Counted from the stretch's first letter, positions 1 to 11,052 are shown. The stretch is 64,000 bases of DNA from Terrimicrobiaceae bacterium (GCA_041752695.1 JBGSVZ010000102.1:1-64000); one strand, 5' to 3'. Numbers and translations: made by a program. The notes: generated by a model from the sequence alone, not told the origin.

Positions 1-83
1 CGGTCGAACCTCGGGTTCTCATCCCTGCCGACGTGTGAATGGTTCACACGGGGTAGTTTGTAGCTCACCTTTGACTGGTAAAC

Positions 84-173
84 TGGCGGATGGGCAGGGA
101 TTCGAACCCTGGGAGACGGTTAAGCCTCACACGCTTTCCAAGCGTGCGCAATCGACCACTCTGCCACCCATCC
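84..173 (-). tRNA. tRNA-Ser (anticodon GGA), CCA encoded
   Basis: Reverse complement reads GGATGGGTGGCAGAGTGGTCGATTGCGCACGCTTGGAAAGCGTG...GGTTCGAATCCCTGCCCATCCGCCA: acceptor stem, GGA anticodon, long variable arm, TTCGAA T-loop. Confidence 0.96.
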
Positions 174-271
174 TTAAAAAGGGGAGAATCTAAATAGCCC
201 GATCTCGAAAGGATGGCAACACCTGCCTTCGAGAAATCGCCGGATCCGAAAAAACTCCGCGTCTCTCCCCG

Positions 272-1492
272 TCAGGCCTGCGCCAATCCGAACGCCTCGT
301 GCACAAGGTTGGCCGCTTCGACGATCTTGGCCTCGTCAATGATCACCGCAATCTTGATTTCGGAAGTCGAAATCATCTGGATGTTTACGCCGCCTTTACC
401 CAAGGCTTCGAACAATCGTGCCGCCACACCGGAGTGGGAACGCATGCCGATGCCGACGACGCTCAACTTCGCGATGCCATCGCGCTTGGCAATCTCGCCG
501 GCCCCGATTTCTTTCACGACATCGTCCAGAACCTTGCCGAGTTTTTCCAGTTCGTCCTTGTTCAGGGTGAAGGAAATATCCGTCGAGCCGCTGATGGAGA
601 CGTTCTGCACGATCACGTCGATCACCACGCCGGCGTCAGCGAGGGCGGTGAAAATCGCGGAGGCGGCTCCGGGACGGTCGGGGACGTTGGTGATGGTGAC
701 CTTGGCCTGATTGCGTTCGACGGAGACGCCGCGCACGACGACGTTTTCCAGTCCGGGCGTTTCTTCTTTCACGATGGTTCCTCGGTTGGTGTTAAAGCTG
801 CTGCGAACTTCAAAGGGGACTTTGAATTTTTTGGCGAATTCGACGGAGCGCGATTGCATCACTTTCGAACCGGAGCTGGCCATTTCCAGCATCTCTTCGT
901 AAGCGATCACGTCGATCTTCTTCGCGTTGGGGACGATGCGCGGGTCGCAGGTGTAAACGCCATCGACATCGGTGTAGATCTCGCACATGTCGGCCCTGAG
1001 CGCCGCCGCAATGGCGATGGCAGTGAGGTCGCTGCCGCCGCGGCCAAGGGTGGTGATCTCACCCTGTAACGTCTGACCCTGGAAGCCGGCGACGATGCAA
1101 ATCAAGCCATCCGTCAGATGTTTCCGGATCTGGCGCGGGGAAATGTTGGCGATCTTGGCTTTGGTGTGAATGCCGTCCGTGAGGATGCCCGCCTGGGCGC
1201 CCGTGAGCGAAATGGCGTGGCCGCCAAGGGAATTGATCGCCATGGCGAGGAGGGCGATCGTTGTCTGCTCACCGGTGGCGAGGAGGACGTCCATTTCGCG
1301 ATCCGTCGGGGTGGTGGAGACCTGTTTTGCGAGTTTGATCAGACTGTCGGTGACACCCGACATGGCGGAAACAACGACGACGACGGACTTGCCGGACTGC
1401 TGGGTTTCGTAAGCGCGACGGGCGACGTTCAGGATCCGGTCGGGGGCGCCGACGGAGGTGCCGCCGTATTTTTGGACAACGAGGTTGGTCAT
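272..1492 (-). CDS. lysC: aspartate kinase
   Basis: VVQKYGGTSVG, VVVVSAM, TTLGRGGSDLTA, YTDVDGVYTCDPR motifs and two C-terminal ACT domains. Confidence 0.97.
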   Translation of the reverse strand: MTNLVVQKYGGTSVGAPDRILNVARRAYETQQSGKSVVVVVSAMSGVTDSLIKLAKQVSTTPTDREMDVLLATGEQTTIALLAMAINSLGGHAISLTGAQAGILTDGIHTKAKIANISPRQIRKHLTDGLICIVAGFQGQTLQGEITTLGRGGSDLTAIAIAAALRADMCEIYTDVDGVYTCDPRIVPNAKKIDVIAYEEMLEMASSGSKVMQSRSVEFAKKFKVPFEVRSSFNTNRGTIVKEETPGLENVVVRGVSVERNQAKVTITNVPDRPGAASAIFTALADAGVVIDVIVQNVSISGSTDISFTLNKDELEKLGKVLDDVVKEIGAGEIAKRDGIAKLSVVGIGMRSHSGVAARLFEALGKGGVNIQMISTSEIKIAVIIDEAKIVEAANLVHEAFGLAQA

Positions 1493-1505
1493 CGGTCAAC
1501 AGTCA

Positions 1506-2558
1506 TTAGCTCTCCAAGACCCCGCGGACGGCGTGGAGATCGGCTTCCGCGTCGATGGGGTGATAGTCGCCGGTGGTCATGGCGGTGTCGGGGTCCTTGA
1601 GGCCGTGGCCGGTCACGGTGAGAACGATGCGGCGCGCGGTCGGACGGCCGAGTTTGAAAAGCCCGGCCACGGAGGCGGCACTGGCAGGTTCGACGAAAAT
1701 GCCTTCATGACAGGCCAGCCAGCGCTGGGCGGCGAGGATTTCCTCGTCGGTCACCATGTCAATCGCACCGCCGCTTTCGGAAAGGGCGTCACTCGCGCCC
1801 TGCCAGCTGGCGGGATTGCCGATGCGGATGGCGGTGGCCACGGTATTGGGCTGGTCAATCACGCGGTTGTGGACGAGCGGCGCCGAGCCGGCGGCCTGGA
1901 ATCCCATCATGCGCGGACGCAAAGTGGATTTTCCGAGGTCGTGAAATTCGCGATAGCCTTTCCAATAGGCCGTGATGTTCCCGGCGTTTCCCACCGGGAG
2001 GATATGAACGTCGGGGGCGTCGCCAAGTTCCTCGATGATTTCAAAAGCGGCGGTTTTTTGACCTTCAATGCGGTCGGGGTTGATCGAATTGACGATGGCA
2101 AAATCCTTCAATCCGCCGAGTTCGCGCACGAGGCGGAGGGCGTCGTCGAAGTTCCCTTTGATGGCGATCACTTTCGCGCCGTAGAGGTAGGCCTGCACGA
2201 GTTTGCCGGTGGCAATTTTCCCGGCGGGCAAAAGGACCGCGCAGAGAATGCCGGCACGCGCGGCGTAGGCGGCGGCGGCGGCGGAAGTGTTTCCCGTAGA
2301 GGCGCAAATGACGGTGCGCGCACCGCCTTCCACGGCTTTGGAGAGGGCCATGGTCATGCCCCGGTCCTTGAAGGATCCGGTGGGATTGAGGCCTTCGTAT
2401 TTAAGATAAACTTCCGCCCCGGCACGCTCGCTCAGGCGGGGCGAATGGATGAGCGGGGTCGAGCCTTCGTTGAGCGAAATGACCGGAGTCGCCTCGGTAA
2501 CGGGCAGGTATTGACGGAAACGGCTGATGACGCCGCGATCATGGAGCGGAGAAGGCAT
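1506..2558 (-). CDS. thrC: threonine synthase
   Basis: [18 protein letters not shown]-lysine motif, [31 protein letters not shown]. Confidence 0.96.
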   Translation of the reverse strand: MPSPLHDRGVISRFRQYLPVTEATPVISLNEGSTPLIHSPRLSERAGAEVYLKYEGLNPTGSFKDRGMTMALSKAVEGGARTVICASTGNTSAAAAAYAARAGILCAVLLPAGKIATGKLVQAYLYGAKVIAIKGNFDDALRLVRELGGLKDFAIVNSINPDRIEGQKTAAFEIIEELGDAPDVHILPVGNAGNITAYWKGYREFHDLGKSTLRPRMMGFQAAGSAPLVHNRVIDQPNTVATAIRIGNPASWQGASDALSESGGAIDMVTDEEILAAQRWLACHEGIFVEPASAASVAGLFKLGRPTARRIVLTVTGHGLKDPDTAMTTGDYHPIDAEADLHAVRGVLES

Positions 2559-3857
2559 TTACGAAAAAGTTTCGACGTGGAGCAGCACCGGCGTGCTTTT
2601 GACGCAGTCCAGGGAGGCGATGATTTCCGCGGCCTTCCCCATTTCGCCGTAGGCGGCATCGTGGACCATCAGGACAAGCGGTATAGAATCCTCGTCCTGA
2701 CCCTCTGGCTGAATCACGGAGAGAATTCCGATGCCCGATTCACCCAGCGCGCCGGCAATCTGAGCGAGCACTCCCGGACGGTCCTCGACGGCGAGGCGCA
2801 GGTAGTATTTGGAAACGGAGTCGGCCGTCGGCAGGCATTTACCGTAGAGGTCGTGGGAGGTGAAACCAAAGCAGGCGCGCGGGCTTTCCAGGGCGATGGC
2901 GGCCTCGGCGAGGTCGGCGAGCACAGAGCTTGAGGTGGGGTCTTGTCCGGCACCACGGCCGTAAAAAAGCGATTCGCCCACCACGTCGCCGCGCACGGCG
3001 ATGGCGTTGAAGACCCCGTTGACCGAGGCGAGAACGTGCGTTTTCGGAATGAGGGTCGGGCAGACGCGCACCTCGATCTGATTGGCCGGACCGGCCTTGA
3101 TCGTGGCGAGAAGTTTGATGCGATAACCGAGTTCATCGGCAAACCGAATGTCGGCCGCGGTGATTTTTTCAATGCCAGAGACAAAAATTTTCGCCGGATC
3201 GAGCCAGAACCCATAGGCCAGCGAGGCGAGGATAATGGCCTTGTGGGCAGCGTCCCAGCCGTTGATGTCGAGGGTGGGATCGGCCTCCGCGTAACCGAGG
3301 CTCTTGGCTTCCTCCAGGGCCGGGGCAAAATCCATCCCGGTATCGGTCATACGGGTGAGGATGTAGTTGCTCGTGCCGTTGAGAATGCCGTGAATGCTTT
3401 CGAAGCGATTGCCAATGAAGGCCTCGCGCACGACCTTGATGATGGGAATGCCTCCGGCCACCGCCGCTTCGTAGAAGACCGGGACACGTTTTTCCCGGGC
3501 GAGGCGGAAAATTTCCTGACCATGCTCGGCCAGCAGGGCCTTGTTGCCGGTTACGACAATTTTCCCTGCCTCGATGGCCTTTTTCACGAAGGCCAGCGGA
3601 ATGTCGATGCCGCCCATGAGTTCCACCACGATGCGAATCCCGTCGTCGGCCAGAAGATCCTCGGGGTTGTCGGTAAAAAGCCCGGCAGGCGCCTGCACGT
3701 CACGGGCCTTCTTAAGGTCACGCACCGCGATCCGCCTGACATCAAACTGAGCGCCAAGCCGCTGCCCGAGCAAGTCCCCGTTTAACGCCAGGTTTTTATA
3801 AACCCCCGCGCCGACGGTGCCGAAACCTGCCAGACCTATGCCGATGGATTGAGACAT
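2559..3857 (-). CDS. hom: homoserine dehydrogenase with C-terminal ACT domain (start placed at MSQSIGIG)
   Basis: GFGTVG Rossmann motif, VVTGNKALLA, EAAVAGGIPII, GILNGTSNYIL, GYAEADPTLDINGWDAAHK; operonic with thrC and lysC. Confidence 0.96.
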   Translation of the reverse strand: MSQSIGIGLAGFGTVGAGVYKNLALNGDLLGQRLGAQFDVRRIAVRDLKKARDVQAPAGLFTDNPEDLLADDGIRIVVELMGGIDIPLAFVKKAIEAGKIVVTGNKALLAEHGQEIFRLAREKRVPVFYEAAVAGGIPIIKVVREAFIGNRFESIHGILNGTSNYILTRMTDTGMDFAPALEEAKSLGYAEADPTLDINGWDAAHKAIILASLAYGFWLDPAKIFVSGIEKITAADIRFADELGYRIKLLATIKAGPANQIEVRVCPTLIPKTHVLASVNGVFNAIAVRGDVVGESLFYGRGAGQDPTSSSVLADLAEAAIALESPRACFGFTSHDLYGKCLPTADSVSKYYLRLAVEDRPGVLAQIAGALGESGIGILSVIQPEGQDEDSIPLVLMVHDAAYGEMGKAAEIIASLDCVKSTPVLLHVETFS

Positions 3858-4187
3858 GTGAAGCCCTTCAGTATCTCCGGACCCGGGCAAATTCCAAAGA
3901 AAAAAACAGCCGGATTGGAGGGCTCGAACTGCCACGCTGACGTCGGAGGGCTCGACGGAGGGACAAAATCGCCTGGCGCCCCTCCTTTTTTCAAACTTCG
4001 GCCGGTGAATTCCTGATCTGTTCGGGGACTTTTATTTTCGGCACGAAACCCAAAAGGAAGCAGGCGTCCTCTAACCACGCTGGCGCGATTTGCCCACCAG
4101 GTCCTCACGGGCCGGATGGGCACGCGCCAGACCTCAACGCAGGTTGTGGTCTAGGATTTTATGTACCAGTAAATAAGCCAAGGAAGC

Positions 4188-5144
4188 CTACGAAAGCTTC
4201 TTGGCGTAATAATTCAGCATTTCGGGATCTATTTCCCCTGGCGCACACAACTGCGGCTCCTCGGGGAAATCCGGCATCGGGAAGCCGGGGGGCATTTCGT
4301 CCCGGACGACAAGCTCCTCGCCATCTTCGGGATGCGGGCCATTCCAAATCTCCGCCAGTTGGGGATAGTCGGAGGGACTCCACCGCCACATGATTGTGTG
4401 CAGTCCCTCGTCCTCGAGTTTTTTCGCTTCGGGGAACTTTTTGTTGCTCACATCCGGAATGGGAAGCAGACCTCCGACCGGCACTCCCGTAAGTTTTTCC
4501 AATGCTTTGGCGTAGGCGACGATGTGAACCCCGCCTCGGACCAACAGGTAGCCAGTCATCGCGCGAGCAACCGGGTCGGGGGCCATTTCGTAGACCCTCA
4601 TTTTGTTGGCCCGGGCGCCGCACTCGAGGAAAAAGTTGTGCAGCAAATCCATCTTCAGGTTGCCAGTGGCTGTCACATAACTGCCGTTCCAGGGATTCCC
4701 CATGGAGTCGACCGGGAGTGCGGCCTGGGCCGACGCCAGAAAGTGCGCAGCGAACCTTTCTTGGGCGACGGCCTGCAGCGGCGCGGGGTCAACATTTCCC
4801 TTCCCCACCCGACTCTTAGCCTTCCCGGCACGCCGAGCCCCCGACTTTTCAGCCGGTTTATTCCGATCCACCCGCTCCGTCGCACCGGTCAACAGCAGAT
4901 TGATGGCACAGGCAACGGCCTCAATGTGGCTAAACTCCTCGGCCGCGATATTGCAGATCAGGTCGTAAAACGGGCGATACTTTTCGCGCCCGCGGAAATT
5001 GAACGACTGGAAGGTGTAGTTCATCAGGGTGGACATCTCCCCGAACTTTCCTCCCATCAGTTCCTGAATGGCTGCGGCGGCGGCTGGATTAGGACCTTCC
5101 GGTTCGGGAAAATCCACGGCGACATTGTCAAAGCGTTGAATCAT
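4188..5144 (-). CDS. manganese (non-heme) catalase family protein
   Basis: QELMGGKFGEMST..NY.FQSFNFRG, IAAEEFSHIE, GNPWNGSYV, LLVRGGVHIVAYAKALE. Confidence 0.92.
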   Translation of the reverse strand: MIQRFDNVAVDFPEPEGPNPAAAAAIQELMGGKFGEMSTLMNYTFQSFNFRGREKYRPFYDLICNIAAEEFSHIEAVACAINLLLTGATERVDRNKPAEKSGARRAGKAKSRVGKGNVDPAPLQAVAQERFAAHFLASAQAALPVDSMGNPWNGSYVTATGNLKMDLLHNFFLECGARANKMRVYEMAPDPVARAMTGYLLVRGGVHIVAYAKALEKLTGVPVGGLLPIPDVSNKKFPEAKKLEDEGLHTIMWRWSPSDYPQLAEIWNGPHPEDGEELVVRDEMPPGFPMPDFPEEPQLCAPGEIDPEMLNYYAKKLS

Positions 5145-5337
5145 ACCTCATCAATCGTTCCGCAGCCCGCCGCCACTGTCCGCGTGCCTACTGACTCTGA
5201 CATCAGGGCGGGTCCGCGGACTCCGTGAGCAGAGTCCAGCGGCGACCTCCAAGCTGCCGGATCGAAATGGGGCCAGTCCCAAAGGCCAGTGACAGCAGGC
5301 CAAAACCTCGGTCGATCTGCTGGGTATCCCGCCCCCT

Positions 5338-8300
5338 TCAGGGAAGCGAAACGTTCAGGCGGATGAACCGATTTTGGGCCGAGGACAGGGGAACGTTGTC
5401 TCGCACCGTCACAGTCCGTCGCAATCCCGAGAGAGTGCTGCTCACCTCGGTGGTGGCGGCAGGACCACTGCTCCACGCACTGAGATTTCCGGAGACTTCG
5501 ACGCGCTTGGTGACATCGCTGCTGGCGAGATTTTCCGTGTAGGTCAATGTGAGGTAGTCGGAAGAACCGATCCGCAGAACGGACTGTTGTGCCCCGTTAG
5601 GCGTCGCGAGGAGCGGATTGAGTCCCATGGCATACTCGAGCAAGTTGGTGAGGCCGTCGCCATCCGGGTCGGCGGTCAGGCCCGTGGATGCTGGTGGGGT
5701 TGGGGTCTGACCGGCCCGAACGATTTGCGCAATATCTTCCGGCGAAAGCACGCTCGGCAGAACAGCCACTTCATCCAGGCCACCCCCGAAAAATCCGGCC
5801 AGAGTCGTGGCACCGCTGACACCGAGTCTCACCCCGTTGCCCGCAGTCAGGAAATCGGTGAAGATCGAGCCAGAATCGATGGTTTCCGTCCCGCGCACTT
5901 CCAGCGGATTTGCTTCGACCCCATCAAAATAGAACCTGGGATAGTCTGCCTGATCCGTGGAAGTGAACCGCGGAACGGTGATTGCGATGTGGTGCCAGTT
6001 CCCATCGCACAGGCTCCCAGAGGGAAGGCCCTGGAGAGGCACGGAATAGTCGAGAATGTCGGAGTTCCCATCGGCCCGCAGATAAATCCGCAAAGCATGC
6101 GGAGTGGGGGTCGTGGTCGAGGAAACCGAGCGATTAACAAAGACCGAAAACTGGGTGCCCGCCGTGCGAGTCGCTCCAATAATATTCATCACCCGGTCCG
6201 TGACGCTCGTCCGCACGAACGCGGTGAAGGTGAAGCCTTTAGTCAATTGCGCTGCCAACCCGTTGCCGTTTCCGATGGGGACATATCCGCCGGCGACGAA
6301 CTGCGCGGGCGTTCCCGTGCTGCCGGCCGCGCCGAGATTGAGGCCCGTGTTCCAAGCTTCAAGGCCGGGTTGCGCAGGTGGCCGGGGGCCGGGCTGGCCC
6401 AACTGATAGCTGCCCACATTCGTGCTCACGGTTCGGACGGTGAGGGTACCGGTGAAAACCGTGGCTCCAGCCGCATCAATGGCATTTACGGTCGTTCCAG
6501 CCGTCTCGCTGAAGCGATACCAGAAGAGCGGATTAAACACCCTTAGCCCCGTTGCGGTGAGGGAATAGGAGGGAGGCAAAACAGCAAATTCCGAGGACCA
6601 CTGGTCCCGCTGCCACTGTTGGACCGGTGAATCCCGAAGAGTCACCGAAAGCGAGGAGATTTCCTCTGCGGCCCGCGAGAGGGAAATGCTGAAAAGCTCA
6701 TCGCCTTCGTACATACCATCGTTCGTCAAAGGCACGATGATCTGTCGGTCAGTCGTGTCGCCATCTGCCCAGGTCAGGGTTCCCCCACCCGGCGTAAAGT
6801 CCTGCCCCGCTACTGCGGGGTGCGCGGTGTCTCTTCCGGACAGGACCGTATAATCGACCGTGAGCGTGCCCTTGGAATTTCCCTCCCGCCGGACGGAAAA
6901 AATGCCACTGCTATCGCTCTCAAAGATGGTGGCGGCCGAGGTGAGAAACGCCGCCTCGCCCGGACCATCGTTATCCTCAATGGCGATGTAAATGAATCCG
7001 TTGGTCACAGCCGCGCCCCCGACCGGAGTGTTCAGAGCCAGCTCAAAACTCTCCCCGCCGCCGACCCATACCGGGGCCTCCACAACGGCATCATCGATAA
7101 TCGGAATATTGATCGTTCGGTCAGAGGAGTCACCATCGGCCCAAGTCAGGGTGCGGGTCACCTGCGAAACTCCGTCCATACCATGGAAATCTTCGCCGAG
7201 CACAGCGTCATTTTCGGTGAGAGCCACGTTGACGGAGATCGCCCCCGAACTATTTCCCAGCCTTCGAACAGTGAAGGAAACAGTTCCAACTCCCTCGCTG
7301 ACATCCACCTGCACAGGCGAATCGAAGACCACCGCTCCCGCAGCCGGGCTGGTGACCGTGAGCGTGGCAGACGCGCTGGTGTAGCTACCCGCCGCATTCG
7401 ACGCCACCACCCGATACCGCGTTCCGCTTTCCGAGAGACTTTTTGGTTGGATGCCGAGAGTGGAAGCATTCGCTCCCGGGATATCCTGCCAGGTTCCGCC
7501 ACTATCGGTGCTCACCTGCCACTGGATCGCCAGCACGCCTGAGTAGCTAACGAACAAGTTTGTCGGTGTTCCCACGACGACCGTGCGGTTGGCAGGATTG
7601 GACACGGAGGGAAACCGGGTCAGCACGCCATTCCCGTCGATGACAAATGTTTGGGTGTCAGACACCGTCGTTCCGGTGGCGTCGGTCACGTTCAATTGCA
7701 AGACATACTCGCCGGGTCCCCCAAAGGTCGCCGTTCCGCCCCCAAAACCCGTTTGGGAAAGAGCCAGAGTCTGGCCCGGAGGGGTCGAGACAACAACCCA
7801 TTGGTAACTCGCGTAGAGGACAGGCCCATCGGGATCGTTCAGGGTGGCGGACAACGTCAGCGCCTGGCCGGGGCCATCCTGAGTGATGGAGAAAAGGCGA
7901 CCACCCGAACCCGTCGGCGGGGTATTTGGCACAATCGTAATACTCCGCGAAGCCGCTCCCACCCGCCCATTTGTCCCTGTGGCGGTCAGCGTCACCGCTT
8001 GACTCGCCGAGGAACCGGAAAGGGAACGGAAGGAGACGATTTCGCCATCCGGCGTCAATGTCGTGAAGGTTCCCTGCGGATCATTCGAACTCCATAGCAC
8101 AGTTGGAAGCAATGGATTGATGGCAGAAATCGGCATGCGAAGTCCGAACTGGTCGCGGGTGACCGCGGACATGATGATGGAATTCCCGCGCAAGAAAGTC
8201 GTGACAGGGCCAAGGTCGATTGTCGGCACGGTCGCCGCAGTCCGTGCCACCGTAATCACCTGGCTGGATACCGAGCTACCCGACGGGCCGGCCACACTGA

Positions 8301-10773
8301 GGCCGACCAGGTATTCCCCCGCGGCAACAAAGGTGGCGGTCGTGGTCCGGGCGGCATTCGAACCCGAGGCTGAGAAGGTGACAGGCCGTGGTCCGCTCAG
8401 GAGCGTCCAGGAGTAACTCAAACCGGCGAGTTCCTCAGGGGTCCCGCCGCCGATACTGGCATTTGCCGTCAAAGCAACCGACGTGCCGGTCACCGGATTG
8501 CTCGCGGCGGAGATCGACGAAATCAGCGGCGCGGACTCCGGCAGCCCCGTTCCCGCATTTGCGACCAGGGCGGCGGGAATCGTCACAAAGTCCTGCGAAG
8601 CTCCACCGCGGACGCGCAATGTCCAGGTTGCCCATGAGGGATCGGTGAGGGCGGTACGGACGCGGATGGCGTGCCATCCCGGCGCCAGCCTCCGGGGCTG
8701 AAAGAGGAAGTTCTTTTCGATCAAAGCGCGGCCGTTGATGAACGCCGCGCGACTCTGAGTGCGACGCTCATCGCCAAAGTCGAAGGCGAGTTCATACCAA
8801 TCATCCCGGGGCGCAAAAAATAGAAAGTCCACCTGAAATCCCGGCTTCTTCGTCGCGTAATCACTAATGGTCACCCCCGGAAGATTTGTGGGGGTGAGGC
8901 GAATTCCGTTCGTCGGATCCGCCGGAAGAGGCGTGGTAACGTCCGGCGCGGCCGTGTTCCAGTCAAACCCGCCCGCGGCAGTATCCGAAAAATACCGAAC
9001 GTTGGCCGCAGCAGCCCCGAGCGAGGGGGAAATTGTGGCCGGATCCGCAGGCCATGAGACCGTCGTTTTCAGCGGCGGGCTGTAAACCTTTTGACCGTTG
9101 GCACGCAAGCCAACCGCAAAAAGTGTCCACTCACCATCGAGAGGGGCGAGAGTGTTCACCGAGGCGAGATTCACGTTCACCGTTCCGCCGCCCGCGGGAA
9201 AGCTCGCCAACGTTCGTCCATTGGCCTGCAAGGAGAGTGAGGTCAAGTCGCTCAACCCGCCCACCGCGGCCGTGAAAGTCTCGGAATTGTCCGGGTTGAC
9301 CACCGGGGGCCCGCTCAAGGTAATCGACCCGCCGGAGTTGTTGACGATCAGGGCAAGAACGGCTTCGTTTTGCGTCCGCACCGAGTCCGAGTTGTAAGCA
9401 ACCACGCGGATCTCGTGCCAACCGTCCGCCAGGCTCGCGGTGTTCAAGGAAAATCCTCCCACGGTTCTCGTCGCCTGAACAGTCTCTCCCGCCAACCCGA
9501 CCTGCACCTTCCTTCCGTCCACGAAAAGATCCAACTGCGGCTCCAACGTCTTGCCGCCTGTCGCGCTGGCATTCACGGAAACCGCAACGGTCCCGCTGAC
9601 AGTGGCACCGTCGAGCGGAGCCGAGATGGAGACATTGGGAAAATCCGCATGGGGTTGCAGAAGGGGATCCCCCAGTGGCATGACTTCAGCAGGCGTCATG
9701 ATGGACTGCCAGAAGGCTTCGGAGAGGGACGCGCCGGCCCGCAGATGGGTGTGGATGTGGCCATGGGGGAATTTGCTGTCGATGGCGTATGGCTCGCTGA
9801 TGGAACCCGACGTGCCCGCAGCCCCTCCGCGCAACCACTGGGTCGCCGAGGTCTGGCTTGGCAGGAAGGTGGAGAAGCCTCCGCCGTTGCTGGTGAGGTG
9901 ATCGATCCAGGATCCGGGCAGAATCGTGTTGCCGTTAAACACATTAAAATTTGCCAGTCCCACGACGGCGCCGGAGACATCCCCGCGATTGCCGAACCAC
10001 CCCGTGGCAAGAGTGGAGTTTCCCAAGACGGAAAACCGTATTCCCCGCGACGACCAGATCTCCCCCACACCGCCCAACTGCCCGGCGCGCGTTTCACTTC
10101 GGACGTCATTGTTCAGCGGCCAGTAAATGGTGCCGGACGCCTTGGTTCCGTCCTCGGTTCGCACACGCTCCAAAAACGCCAGAATCTCCCGGGGACTCAT
10201 CCCATTGCGGCCCGGATACGACAGGGCACTCACCGGCCAATAGCGGAAGCCGTCGACCTCGGTCGCGGCGGAAAGAGCCCACGTGCCGGCAGGCGCAGGA
10301 GCACGAAAATTCGCCACGTCCGCGGAAAATGCCGCATTTTCCGGATTCCAAATGGACACGGGGTAGTTCGCCTGCCCGAAGTTCGGCGACATGTAGATGA
10401 AGGAGTGCAGCGAAGTGATATTGCCCGTCGGCGTGGTCTGGCCCGCGGACAAGGGCACGGCTCCCGCCACCGCAATCGCCTGCAGTTGCGCGTCGATGCC
10501 CCGCTCAGCCAGCATCCGCCTCACCGCATAGAGGAAATCCCAGCCGGTCGTCCGTGTCAGGCTCGCGGGAAACACATAGGGAATCATGTTGGCATCGGGA
10601 ATGTCCCGCAGGGCCTGATACCTCGCCGCAATCGTCAGGGAATTGACGTCGGATGGATCGTAAATCACCACGCAGCCGGCAGGCCCCCCACCCGCCTGGC
10701 CTGACCTCGGAAAAATAAGGAAGGACAGCAGGACCGTGAAGAGTACGGATCGCAAACGCATTGGGGGGATCAT
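5338..10773 (-). CDS. 1811-aa secreted multidomain protein: TIGR03790-like N-terminus, Ig/PKD-like repeats, two Calx-beta domains, LamG-like domain, C-terminal verrucomicrobial 'DPDGDG' module
   Basis: Signal peptide, then GGGP..CVVIYD...S..IA..YQALRDIP; two TLTWADGD Calx-beta motifs; DGNWHHIAIT...YFDG...GGLDEVAV (LamG); ADPDGDGLTNLLEYAMG...RFIRL end. Confidence 0.8.
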   Translation of the reverse strand: MIPPMRLRSVLFTVLLSFLIFPRSGQAGGGPAGCVVIYDPSDVNSLTIAARYQALRDIPDANMIPYVFPASLTRTTGWDFLYAVRRMLAERGIDAQLQAIAVAGAVPLSAGQTTPTGNITSLHSFIYMSPNFGQANYPVSIWNPENAAFSADVANFRAPAPAGTWALSAATEVDGFRYWPVSALSYPGRNGMSPREILAFLERVRTEDGTKASGTIYWPLNNDVRSETRAGQLGGVGEIWSSRGIRFSVLGNSTLATGWFGNRGDVSGAVVGLANFNVFNGNTILPGSWIDHLTSNGGGFSTFLPSQTSATQWLRGGAAGTSGSISEPYAIDSKFPHGHIHTHLRAGASLSEAFWQSIMTPAEVMPLGDPLLQPHADFPNVSISAPLDGATVSGTVAVSVNASATGGKTLEPQLDLFVDGRKVQVGLAGETVQATRTVGGFSLNTASLADGWHEIRVVAYNSDSVRTQNEAVLALIVNNSGGSITLSGPPVVNPDNSETFTAAVGGLSDLTSLSLQANGRTLASFPAGGGTVNVNLASVNTLAPLDGEWTLFAVGLRANGQKVYSPPLKTTVSWPADPATISPSLGAAAANVRYFSDTAAGGFDWNTAAPDVTTPLPADPTNGIRLTPTNLPGVTISDYATKKPGFQVDFLFFAPRDDWYELAFDFGDERRTQSRAAFINGRALIEKNFLFQPRRLAPGWHAIRVRTALTDPSWATWTLRVRGGASQDFVTIPAALVANAGTGLPESAPLISSISAASNPVTGTSVALTANASIGGGTPEELAGLSYSWTLLSGPRPVTFSASGSNAARTTTATFVAAGEYLVGLSVAGPSGSSVSSQVITVARTAATVPTIDLGPVTTFLRGNSIIMSAVTRDQFGLRMPISAINPLLPTVLWSSNDPQGTFTTLTPDGEIVSFRSLSGSSASQAVTLTATGTNGRVGAASRSITIVPNTPPTGSGGRLFSITQDGPGQALTLSATLNDPDGPVLYASYQWVVVSTPPGQTLALSQTGFGGGTATFGGPGEYVLQLNVTDATGTTVSDTQTFVIDGNGVLTRFPSVSNPANRTVVVGTPTNLFVSYSGVLAIQWQVSTDSGGTWQDIPGANASTLGIQPKSLSESGTRYRVVASNAAGSYTSASATLTVTSPAAGAVVFDSPVQVDVSEGVGTVSFTVRRLGNSSGAISVNVALTENDAVLGEDFHGMDGVSQVTRTLTWADGDSSDRTINIPIIDDAVVEAPVWVGGGESFELALNTPVGGAAVTNGFIYIAIEDNDGPGEAAFLTSAATIFESDSSGIFSVRREGNSKGTLTVDYTVLSGRDTAHPAVAGQDFTPGGGTLTWADGDTTDRQIIVPLTNDGMYEGDELFSISLSRAAEEISSLSVTLRDSPVQQWQRDQWSSEFAVLPPSYSLTATGLRVFNPLFWYRFSETAGTTVNAIDAAGATVFTGTLTVRTVSTNVGSYQLGQPGPRPPAQPGLEAWNTGLNLGAAGSTGTPAQFVAGGYVPIGNGNGLAAQLTKGFTFTAFVRTSVTDRVMNIIGATRTAGTQFSVFVNRSVSSTTTPTPHALRIYLRADGNSDILDYSVPLQGLPSGSLCDGNWHHIAITVPRFTSTDQADYPRFYFDGVEANPLEVRGTETIDSGSIFTDFLTAGNGVRLGVSGATTLAGFFGGGLDEVAVLPSVLSPEDIAQIVRAGQTPTPPASTGLTADPDGDGLTNLLEYAMGLNPLLATPNGAQQSVLRIGSSDYLTLTYTENLASSDVTKRVEVSGNLSAWSSGPAATTEVSSTLSGLRRTVTVRDNVPLSSAQNRFIRLNVSLP

Positions 10774-10803
10774 AGCAAGCTATCACATGTGTGATAGCTT
10801 GCT
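10774..10803. promoter_or_regulatory. perfect 14-2-14 palindrome, operator copy 1 (core ATCACA-TG-TGTGAT)
   Basis: AGCAAGCTATCACA-TG-TGTGATAGCTTGCT directly abutting the start of the 1811-aa ORF. Confidence 0.75.
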
Positions 10804-10903
10804 CAAGAAGTCAAATCCGAAATTGCCCTGAGTTCCCATGCCATCACGAAAACCGCTCGGGAACCGGGGCAGCAACAAGGCCTCAGGCTGTACTTGCGCA
10901 TTG

Positions 10904-10917
10904 ATCACATGTGTGAT
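10904..10917. promoter_or_regulatory. operator copy 2, ATCACATGTGTGAT
   Basis: Exact repeat of the palindrome core, upstream of the divergent secreted protein gene. Confidence 0.7.
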
Positions 10918-11052
10918 TCTTTAGCACGCCAAGTTCGCGGGAAAGACCACGAATGGCCTGCCCTCCTGATACCCCATGAACACGTGTCCCACCCCGTCGA
11001 GAACGATTTTTGCGGCCACCGCCAACCGATTTCCTGGAAAGAAAACCGCTCC

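Noticed and set aside
4048..4068. AAGGAAGCAG resembling the SRP RNA conserved loop
   Set aside because: The upstream CAGG half and the enclosing long helix are missing.
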